Shown here: positions 1 to 7,127 of the stretch, one piece after another | How positions within the stretch are numbered: position 1 is the first letter of the stretch | Layout of the letters: every line of letters begins with the position of its first letter | DNA from: Verrucomicrobiota bacterium | GTDB taxonomy: Bacteria > Verrucomicrobiota > Verrucomicrobiia > Limisphaerales > CANJSG01 | NCBI GenBank assembly: GCA_038209745.1 | Contig: JBBQXJ010000063.1 | Location: forward strand, 1-27,151 | Direction of reading: 5' to 3' | Length of the DNA: 27,151 nucleotides | The notes under the pieces: model-generated | Told to the model about the DNA's origin: nothing | The model's database searches: none | Seen by the model: the letters and a program-made list of their open reading frames with translations, nothing else | Translations under genes and position numbers: made by a program

Positions 1-1
1 G

Positions 2-196
2 GTTCTCAAACGGATCAATCTCTTGATCAAGGACGCCGCCCGAAACCCCTCCGAGGGTCTCGGAAAACCCGAACCTCTGCGCCACGCCTTGGCCGGCTAC
101 TGGTCCCGCCGGATCACCGACGAACACCGTTTGGTCTACAAGTCCGTCGGAGACCAGCGCTGGATCGCGCAGCTCAGATACCACTACGAGAAATAG
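2..196 (+). CDS. yoeB: Txe/YoeB family toxin (5' end outside window)
   Basis: Frame 2, not in the ORF track, reads VLKRINLLIKDAARNPSEGLGKPEPLRHALAGYWSRRITDEHRLVYKSVGDQRWIAQLRYHYEK*. GKPEPL, WSRRIxxEHRLVY and RYHY are YoeB hallmarks. Confidence 0.93.
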   Translation, partial: VLKRINLLIKDAARNPSEGLGKPEPLRHALAGYWSRRITDEHRLVYKSVGDQRWIAQLRYHYEK

Positions 197-205
197 GGGA
201 ACGAG

Positions 206-333
206 CGACCGAAGCCGCGCCAGCGTCTTGGACTGCGCCGGTGCTCCGGCGCTTTTGGCGAGCGGGCCGGTCTGCGGTGCGAAGGTCCTCCCCAAAGCGG
301 TGGAGCACCACCTCAGTCCAAAAGCTCCGCCAC
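206..333. repeat. REPIN-like element family A, copy 1
   Basis: Inverted arms ttggactgcgccggtgctccggcgcttt and aaagcggtggagcaccacctcagtccaa; near-identical direct copy at 765-893. Confidence 0.85.
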
Positions 334-384
334 GGAGGAAGCCTAGGTGGTGGGTGATCGACGCGAGATTTCGCGCGGGCAAAG

Positions 385-604
385 CAACCTGGAAGGTTGC
401 CATCCATTAGCCGGGGGTAAGGAGCACGGAGCGCGACGTCACCCCAGGTGAAATGGGAATCGAAAGACGACCCCGGCGGGGTCGCAGCACAGCGGCGAAG
501 CTCCGCCTTGCTGGCATCCCTTCAGGATGCGTCCTGTTGGGCGCTCGTTCCGGGGGTGTCGCTGCGCTCAACCCCCGGCTAAGGGATGCCAACCCTTCGG
601 GTTG
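385..604. repeat. Palindromic element family B (about 220 bp, 34-bp terminal inverted repeats)
   Basis: caacctggaaggttgccatccattagccgggggt (385-418) matches the reverse complement of acccccggctaagggatgccaacccttcgggttg (571-604); internal hairpins such as ccgggggtgtcgctgcgctcaacccccgg. Confidence 0.8.
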
Positions 605-668
605 AGAAGACGGGCTGCAAGAGGACCGAGGAGCTGGAGGCGTTCGTGGAAACTCGTCAGGGCAAAGC

Positions 669-756
669 GTAGGTCAGGCTTCCAGCCTGACCGGAGGCGT
701 CGTTCCGGCGAAGGGTTCCCCTCAGACATCGGGGACAGGCTGGAAGCCTGTCCTAC
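669..756. repeat. GTAG-family REP doublet (REPIN), family C
   Basis: gtaggtcaggcttccagcctgacc (669-692) and inverted ggggacaggctggaagcctgtcctac (731-756); each arm is a hairpin with a GTAG head. Confidence 0.85.
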
Positions 757-764
757 TTTGGGGA

Positions 765-893
765 CGACCGAAGCCGCGCCAGCGTCTTGGAGTGCGCCCG
801 GTGCTCCGGCGCTTTTGGCGGGCGGGCCGGTCTGCTCTGCGAACGTCCTCCCCAAAGCGGTGGAGCAGCACCGCAGTCCAAAAGCTCGGCCAC
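765..893. repeat. REPIN-like element family A, copy 2
   Basis: Direct repeat of 206-333 with few substitutions; similarity extends about 11 bp further. Confidence 0.85.
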
Positions 894-981
894 ACAGGTA
901 GCCTCACCGATATCAACGCAAGTCGAAGGTTCGAATTGGCTTCTTGCGGAATCATGATGATTCGCTACTCCGGAAGAACAA

Positions 982-1503
982 ATGAACCTACTACTGAGTG
1001 AAATTGTCGATCCTCTGTCGGGACTATTAGAGCGTGCGCTGGAACAGGTCGTCTACCATCCGCTAAAAGGCGAGTGCACTGCCGATGATCTGAACTCTTC
1101 AAACTACATCGGGGGAGAGATTGCTCTCTTCTTTGAATCCGAAGCTCCGAGATATTTTTCTTGGGCGGAGAACGCTGGATGGCATTCCCATTTCACACTT
1201 GTGGTTTCGAGGCAGTCTGCATTCGGTCCCGGAACGCTCGAAACATTCGACGCGTCAAAAACGAGTTTATGGAGGGATGTCATCGGTCAGAAACTCACAG
1301 AAGTGGAGTGCATCGGATGGGACAGAAGTCCTCATGTCTTGAAGCTAGCCTTCGGAACGTTTCGTCGCCTTGTCGGATCTTCCTACCAGAAGCGCTTCGG
1401 GGATGGTGACGATCTCTACTTCTGTGATGAAGCGGAGAAGCCAGATTTGGCTGATGCCGCTGTGATCTGGCGAAGCGCATCTGAAAAGGGACAGTCAAAT
1501 TGA
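982..1503 (+). CDS. Hypothetical protein (173 aa)
   Basis: Protein-like composition, visibly lower GC than the flanks, fills the gap convergent with dnaE; no recognised motif. Confidence 0.7.
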   Translation: MNLLLSEIVDPLSGLLERALEQVVYHPLKGECTADDLNSSNYIGGEIALFFESEAPRYFSWAENAGWHSHFTLVVSRQSAFGPGTLETFDASKTSLWRDVIGQKLTEVECIGWDRSPHVLKLAFGTFRRLVGSSYQKRFGDGDDLYFCDEAEKPDLADAAVIWRSASEKGQSN

Positions 1504-1590
1504 CCGCTGCCTCTAGGGAACTCCAGCACTGCTCCCATTCTGCCCTGATTCAACGGATAGGGCATTGGTGTTTGCCGGAGCGTTGGTTCA

Positions 1591-4500
1591 TCAAGTTGCT
1601 CCCTCGTTCCCGTTGCCCCGGTTTTCCCAGGGTTTGCGGACGCGTTCGGGGAGGTTGGTGTCCACGCTGACGTGCCAGGCTTCGGGGCCGAAGAGTTCCT
1701 TTACGGCGGTCTGGAGTTCGCTCGTCGGTGAGACGCTGAAGCGCTGGTTCGCCTCCACGAAGACCCATTCGCCGGTCTTGGCTTTCAGATGCAGGAAGAG
1801 CGGCACGCGGCCGGGATGGGCGCGGGTCAGGGCGAAGGCCTGGTCGAAGTGTTCGGGCTCGGTCCGGCTGAGGTGCATCCGGATGTGGACCTGCTTGGTG
1901 AACTTCTTCACGGCGTCTTCCAGCGGGAAGATGTCGTTCGGGAAGAGCTTGGGCTTGTCCTCGGCGTTGTTCACTTCGCCGACGACCATGAGCGCAGTGC
2001 CGGCGACCATGAGGTCTTTGAACCGGTCATAGTTCTCGTTCATCAGCAGCATCTGCAACGTGCCGTGAAGGTCTTCCAGCGAGACCATGGCGTAGGGTTT
2101 GCCGGACTTCTTGGACATGCCGTGCTGGGCGGAGCTGACCATCGCGCCGATGCGCGTCATGCTGCGGCTTTCCAGCGTGGTGGCGGTGACGGAATTGTGG
2201 GTCGAGTAGCGCTCGATCATCTCGCGCAGCGGATCGAGCGGATGGCCGGTGACGTAGAAGCCGAGCAGCTCCTTCTCGGCCGCAAGCTTCTCGGCCAAGG
2301 GCCACTCGGGCATCTCGACGATGGGTTCGACGGCGGGCGCCTCTTTGTCGGCCAACATGTCGAAGAGCGAATGCTGGCCACGGGCGCGGTCCTGGGTGGT
2401 GCTGGCGGCGCGGGCGATGGCCTTGTCGATCTGGCCGAAGAGCGTGGCGCGGTTCTGGCCGAAGCAGTCGCAGGCGCCGGACTTGATGAGGGACTCGAGG
2501 ATCTTGCGGTTGACGGTGCGGCTGTCGACGCGTTCGCAGAGATCGAGCAACGAGGTGAAGGAGCCGTCCTTGTCGCGGGCTTCGATCATGGTGCGGACGG
2601 CGGCCTCGCCGACGCCTTTGATCGCGGCCAGGCCGAAGCGGATGGGGGGAAGCTCGGCGGGAAGGGCCGCTTCAGTAGTGGAACGGACGGGGGCGTCTGT
2701 GCCACTAGCCAAAGGGGACAGGACGGAAGCTTGTCCTCCTCGTTTCGCCGGAGCAAAAAACACGTCGGACTCGTTCACGTCGGGCGGCAGGACCGTGATG
2801 CCGAGGGTCCGCGCCTCGTCGACCAGGATCGACACCTTGGCCGTGTCGCCCATGTCGTTGGTCAACATGGCGGCGATGAACTCGACCGGGTAGTTCGCCT
2901 TCAGATACGCCGTCTGATACGCGACCACGGCGTAGGCGGCGGCGTGGGATTTGTTGAAGCCGTAGCCGGCGAACTTCTCCAGCACGTCGAAGACCTTGTT
3001 CGCCGTGCCCGCGTCGATGCCGTTCGTCTTGGCCGCGCCTTCCACGAAGTTGGCGCGCTGCTGCTGCATCTCCTCGAGCTTCTTCTTGCCCATCGCGCGG
3101 CGCAGCAGATCCGCGCCGCCGAGCGAATAGCCGGCCAGGATCTGCGTGGCCTGCATGACCTGCTCCTGGTAGATCAGGATGCCGTAGGTCTCCTTCGCGA
3201 TGGGCTCCAGCAACGGATGCGGATACTCGACCACGGCCCGCCCATGACGGCGCTCGATGAACTCCGGGATCAGGTCCATCGGACCCGGGCGATAGAGCGA
3301 GACGAGCGCGGTGATGTGCTCCACGGAGGCGATCTCGAACTTGCGGCACAGGTCCCGCATGCCGCCGGATTCCAACTGGAACACACCTACCGTCAGGCCC
3401 TTGTTCAACAGCGCGTAGCTTTTCGCGTCGTCCAGCGGGACACGGTCGATGTCGACCTTGATGCCCTGGGTGCGCTGGACCATTTCGCAGGTGTTGCGGA
3501 TGACGGTGAGCGTCTTCAGCCCGAGGAAGTCCATCTTCAGCAGGCCGAGATCGCCCACCGGCCCCATCGCATACTGCGTCACGATGGTGCCGTCCTCGTC
3601 CATCTTCAGCGGGAGAAGGTTCTCCAACGGCTCGGGCCCGATGACGACGCCGGCCGCGTGCACCGAGGAATTGCGCGTGAGGTCTTCCAGCACGAGGGCG
3701 ACATCCACCACTTCGCGGGTCAGTTCCTCCTCTTCGTAGGCCTTCTTGAACTCGGGGTTCGCCGCGAGCGCCTTCTCCAACGTCATCTTGAGCTCGTTGG
3801 GGATCATCTTGGCCAGACGGTCGCCGTCGCCGTAGCTGCGGCCCATCGCGCGGGCCACGTCGCGCACGACGGACTTCGCGCCGAGCGTGCCGAAGGTGAT
3901 GATCTGGGCCACGCAATCGCGGCCGTATTTCTGCCGCGTGTATTCGATGACGTCCGCGCGGCGGTCGTCGGCGAAGTCGATGTCGATGTCGGGCGGATTG
4001 ACGCGCTCGGGATTGAGGAAGCGCTCGAAGAGCAGGCCGTAGCGGATGGGATCGACGTTCGCGATGTCCAGCAGGTAGGTGACGATCGAACCGGCGGCGG
4101 AACCGCGCGCCACACAGGTGACGCCCTTCAATCGGGCGGCCTGGACGAGGTCGGCCACGATGAGGAAATAGGAGATGAACCCGGTCTTCTCGATCACGAC
4201 CAGTTCGGCTTGGAGCCGGTCGATGACTGCCTTGATCGCGGCGGCGACGTTCGGGCGAGTGTGCAGTGGGGCAGAGTCTTCAGTGGCCAGTGGGCCAGTA
4301 TTCAGTGGATCGCCCTCACTGCTCTTTTGATCACTGAGCACGGAAGACTGACCACTTTCAGGCGCCACATACGTCGGCAGCCGAGTGGGATCCTCGATGC
4401 TCTCGACGACGAACTCCCGGCCCACCGCCCTCGCCTGGATCGTGTAGCGACGATAGAGCGCCTCCGCCACCTGATGCCGGAGATAGCCTTCACGCGTGAA

Positions 4501-5391
4501 CGTCGCGGGCGGCTCGAAGACCGGGTAGTGCAGCTCGCCGAACTTGATGTCCAGATTGCATTTCTCGGCGACCTCCATCGTGTTCCGCACGGCGTCCGGC
4601 ACTTCGTGGAAGAGCGCGGCCATCTCCTCGGCGGTGCGCAGGTAGAACTGCTCCCGCTGGTACATCATCCGCTTGGGATCGTTGATCGTCGTCTGCGTGC
4701 CGAGACAGACGAGGCAATCGTGCGCGAAGGAATGGCCCTTTTCGACGTAGTGGACGTCGTTCGTCGCGATGGTTTTCAGGCCGAACTCCTTGGCGAACTG
4801 GAGCAGGTAGCGGTTCACCTTCGCCTGCTCGGGGATGCCGTGGTTCTGGAGTTCGAGGTAGTAGCGGTCCGGCCCGAAGACCTGCTTGAACCAATCGACG
4901 GCCTCGCGCGCCTTGTCGATCTGGTCGTGCATCAGGAGGCTGGGAACTTCGCTGGCCAGACAGCCGGACATCGCGATCAAACCGCCCGCGTGCTGGGCGA
5001 GCAGTTCCTTGTCGATCCGGGGCTTGTAGTAGAAGCCGTCGAGATGGGCACGGGTGACGAGCTTGACGAGGTTCTTGTAGCCTTGCTCATCCGCCGCCAG
5101 GAGACCGAGATGCTGGTAGAGTTCGCGGCCGGAGGCGTTTTGGACCGCCTTGCGCTCCATCCGACTCGCCGGGGCGACGTAGCATTCGCAGCCGATGATC
5201 GGCTTGATGCCTGCGCCCTTGGCGGCGCGGTAGAAGTCGATCGCGCCGAACATCCCGCCGTGGTCCGTGATGGCCAGCGCGGGCATCTTCAGCTCCGCGG
5301 CCCGGTCCACCAGCCGATCCAAACGGCACGCGCCATCGAGGAGGGAAAACTCGGTGTGCAGGTGCAGATGGACAAACTCGGGAGCGGACAT
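1591..5391 (-). CDS. dnaE: DNA polymerase III alpha subunit
   Basis: PHP domain (HLHLHTEFSLLDG, TDHG, TNDVHY), RGSAAGS, catalytic PDIDIDF, KMDFLGL, GYGFNKSHAAAY, clamp motif QHSLF, C-terminal OB fold. Confidence 0.98.
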   Translation of the reverse strand: MSAPEFVHLHLHTEFSLLDGACRLDRLVDRAAELKMPALAITDHGGMFGAIDFYRAAKGAGIKPIIGCECYVAPASRMERKAVQNASGRELYQHLGLLAADEQGYKNLVKLVTRAHLDGFYYKPRIDKELLAQHAGGLIAMSGCLASEVPSLLMHDQIDKAREAVDWFKQVFGPDRYYLELQNHGIPEQAKVNRYLLQFAKEFGLKTIATNDVHYVEKGHSFAHDCLVCLGTQTTINDPKRMMYQREQFYLRTAEEMAALFHEVPDAVRNTMEVAEKCNLDIKFGELHYPVFEPPATFTREGYLRHQVAEALYRRYTIQARAVGREFVVESIEDPTRLPTYVAPESGQSSVLSDQKSSEGDPLNTGPLATEDSAPLHTRPNVAAAIKAVIDRLQAELVVIEKTGFISYFLIVADLVQAARLKGVTCVARGSAAGSIVTYLLDIANVDPIRYGLLFERFLNPERVNPPDIDIDFADDRRADVIEYTRQKYGRDCVAQIITFGTLGAKSVVRDVARAMGRSYGDGDRLAKMIPNELKMTLEKALAANPEFKKAYEEEELTREVVDVALVLEDLTRNSSVHAAGVVIGPEPLENLLPLKMDEDGTIVTQYAMGPVGDLGLLKMDFLGLKTLTVIRNTCEMVQRTQGIKVDIDRVPLDDAKSYALLNKGLTVGVFQLESGGMRDLCRKFEIASVEHITALVSLYRPGPMDLIPEFIERRHGRAVVEYPHPLLEPIAKETYGILIYQEQVMQATQILAGYSLGGADLLRRAMGKKKLEEMQQQRANFVEGAAKTNGIDAGTANKVFDVLEKFAGYGFNKSHAAAYAVVAYQTAYLKANYPVEFIAAMLTNDMGDTAKVSILVDEARTLGITVLPPDVNESDVFFAPAKRGGQASVLSPLASGTDAPVRSTTEAALPAELPPIRFGLAAIKGVGEAAVRTMIEARDKDGSFTSLLDLCERVDSRTVNRKILESLIKSGACDCFGQNRATLFGQIDKAIARAASTTQDRARGQHSLFDMLADKEAPAVEPIVEMPEWPLAEKLAAEKELLGFYVTGHPLDPLREMIERYSTHNSVTATTLESRSMTRIGAMVSSAQHGMSKKSGKPYAMVSLEDLHGTLQMLLMNENYDRFKDLMVAGTALMVVGEVNNAEDKPKLFPNDIFPLEDAVKKFTKQVHIRMHLSRTEPEHFDQAFALTRAHPGRVPLFLHLKAKTGEWVFVEANQRFSVSPTSELQTAVKELFGPEAWHVSVDTNLPERVRKPWENRGNGNEGAT
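2675..2739. repeat. Degenerate REP-like palindromes in frame inside dnaE
   Basis: ggggacaggacggaagcttgtcctcc (2714-2739) matches the family C arm at 731-756 at 22 of 26 positions; GTAG-headed hairpin at 2675-2707. Confidence 0.7.
4274..4356. repeat. Heptamer-periodic imperfect palindrome in frame inside dnaE
   Basis: CAGT units at 4281, 4288, 4296, 4303 face ACTG-like units at 4333, 4340, 4347, 4354. Confidence 0.65.
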
Positions 5392-5400
5392 GGCCGGAGG

Positions 5401-5429
5401 ATTAAAAGGGCCGAGCGAGGGAGCGGCAA
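5401..5429 (-). promoter_or_regulatory. Putative sigma70 promoter of dnaE
   Basis: Minus strand TTGCCG-17 nt-TTTAAT, 9 nt before the ATG. Confidence 0.5.
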
Positions 5430-5471
5430 GCGGTTGGGCGGAGAAGTTGTTCGCAGCGGAGTGGAATTCGC

Positions 5472-6581
5472 TCAGATGACCTCACTCCCTTCGCAAAGAT
5501 TGATCAACTCGGCCAAAGCCAACACCTGAGGCCGTCGTCCTCCTCCTTCTTGGATCAACTTCAACACCCCGCTTTTTCTGAATTGCTTCAGAAGCAAATT
5601 GACCATTGGAGTGCTGGGCATATCCGGCTGCCCGATCACGTCCGATGACTTCAACACCGGCTTCTCAAAGATTCGATCAAGAAGCGGAACGGCATATTGC
5701 GAATGGGTGACTTGAATGACCTTCTTCTTGAGACGTTCATAGAGATCTTGGATCTGGCGCGCCTTCGTGCAGTTGTCCTCGGCCTGCAACGCGATGCCTT
5801 CCAAGAAAAAGGTCACCCACCGATCCCAGCTCCCCGGCTGCCCCAGATCCCTCAAACGCTGGATGTAGATCTCGCGCCGGGCTTCCAAATAAGCAGACAA
5901 ATAGAAATGCGGTCCCGGCAAAAGCTTTTTGTCGGCGAGAAACAGGGGGACCAAGATTCGACCGATTCGGCCATTGCCATCGCTGAACGGATGCAAAATT
6001 TCGAACTGGGCATGGAGCAGGGCCAATTGCACCAAAGGATCCTTTTCATCCACATGGTAGTATTTCTCCCAATCCCCAAGATGGGTCGGGAGATCAATGT
6101 GCGACGGCGGAACAAAGGCCGCCTCCGACATCGGGCTTCCTGGCTTTCCGATCCAGTTTTGGCAGTTTCGAAACCGGCCAGGGCTTTTGTCGAAACCGCG
6201 CACGCTGTCCAGGAGAATGGCGTGCAGTGATAGAAGGGTATTCAGTCCGAAAGGCTTTTCCTCCAACAATGCTTTCGCCCTATTCAGAGCAAGGCGATAG
6301 TTCCTTATTTCCTGAGCATCCTGGCGGCGACTTTCCTCAGCGATTTGCTCTCCTGCCTCAAATCGGAGCACTCCAGCCAGATCTACTTCTGTGCCTTCGA
6401 TCTTGGAAGACATGACCGCTTCTTGTGTCGCCAAGGGCGAAAGGAGCACATTTGGGTTTGGAACTCCATACAGCGTGCCGCTGTAGGCCGCCAAAGCTCG
6501 ATTTGCTCGCCCCATTAATGGAATCAAATCCTGCCAATTCAACGACTGTATCGGTAGAGGTTCAGGAATGAATGGAGTCAT
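5472..6581 (-). CDS. Fic family protein (class II-like, N-terminal inhibitory motif)
   Basis: Canonical Fic motif HPFSDGNGRIGR; SSKIEG inhibitory (S/T)xxxE(G/N) motif; start placed at MTPFIPEPLP; lower GC than neighbours. Confidence 0.93.
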   Translation of the reverse strand: MTPFIPEPLPIQSLNWQDLIPLMGRANRALAAYSGTLYGVPNPNVLLSPLATQEAVMSSKIEGTEVDLAGVLRFEAGEQIAEESRRQDAQEIRNYRLALNRAKALLEEKPFGLNTLLSLHAILLDSVRGFDKSPGRFRNCQNWIGKPGSPMSEAAFVPPSHIDLPTHLGDWEKYYHVDEKDPLVQLALLHAQFEILHPFSDGNGRIGRILVPLFLADKKLLPGPHFYLSAYLEARREIYIQRLRDLGQPGSWDRWVTFFLEGIALQAEDNCTKARQIQDLYERLKKKVIQVTHSQYAVPLLDRIFEKPVLKSSDVIGQPDMPSTPMVNLLLKQFRKSGVLKLIQEGGGRRPQVLALAELINLCEGSEVI

Positions 6582-6585
6582 GCGC

Positions 6586-6680
6586 TTGTCGAAAACCGGT
6601 AAGCCATTTCCATGTTTGTGAAAAACAAAATCGTTTTTGTTTTCGACAACGCCTTTTGTCGCTCGTGGGCTTTCGACAAA
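6586..6680. promoter_or_regulatory. Repeated TTGTCGAAA inverted motifs and AT-rich palindrome between the divergent fic and FmdB-family genes
   Basis: ttgtcgaaaac (6586-6596) and gttttcgacaa (6639-6649); tttgtcg (6655-6661) and tttcgacaaa (6671-6680); aaaacaaaa-tcgt-ttttgtttt (6622-6643). Confidence 0.45.
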
Positions 6681-6743
6681 TATCCCCCTCTTGCGCTCCC
6701 CCGGCCACCGGGCAATATCCCGACTCGTCACAACCGATCAGCC

Positions 6744-7112
6744 ATGCCGACCTACGAATACGTTTGCGAGAAGTGCGGTCACGAGTTCGAGAAGTTCCAG
6801 TCCATGAAGGACGACGCCTTGACCTCCTGCCCAAAGGACCTCTGCCCAAAGAAAAAATGGGGCAGCGGCAAGGTGCGCCGTCTCATGGGCACTGGCGCGG
6901 GCCTGATCTTCAAGGGCAGCGGCTTCTACATCACCGACAACCGCAGCGAGGGCTACAAGGCCGCCGAGAAGAAGGATTCGAGCGCATCCTCCGCGTCGAC
7001 ACCCGCTGCCAGCACCCCGTCCGATTCGACCGCCAAACCCGCCGCCGAGGCCAAACCGGCCGCGAAGCCGAAGGCGGAAACGAAGGCTTCCACCAAGAAG
7101 GCTTCCGGCTAG
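6744..7112 (+). CDS. FmdB family zinc ribbon protein with Ala/Lys/Ser-rich tail
   Basis: MPTYEYVCEKCGHEFE...CPKDLC...IFKGSGFYITD, the typical FmdB pattern; start reassigned to the MPTY ATG. Confidence 0.92.
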   Translation: MPTYEYVCEKCGHEFEKFQSMKDDALTSCPKDLCPKKKWGSGKVRRLMGTGAGLIFKGSGFYITDNRSEGYKAAEKKDSSASSASTPAASTPSDSTAKPAAEAKPAAKPKAETKASTKKASG

Positions 7113-7127
7113 GCTCCGTTTCGATCC

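Noticed and set aside
206..904. Possible CRISPR array or structured ncRNA
   Set aside because: No regularly spaced identical repeats with unique spacers and no cas genes; the palindromes are better explained as REP-type elements.
174..1001. Short ORFs across the repeat mosaic
   Set aside because: They are translations of palindromic repeats with no coding signature.
4200..4450. Possible intein in DnaE
   Set aside because: The insert is short and lacks C/S-start and HN-C/S/T splice motifs or LAGLIDADG blocks.
1789..5529. 1246-aa plus-strand ORF and other long antisense ORFs (6738-8567, 8507-9934, 14892-16997, 19794-21764, 21739-22881, 23177-24358)
   Set aside because: Shadow frames of high-GC3 genes on the opposite strand; no motifs and biased composition.
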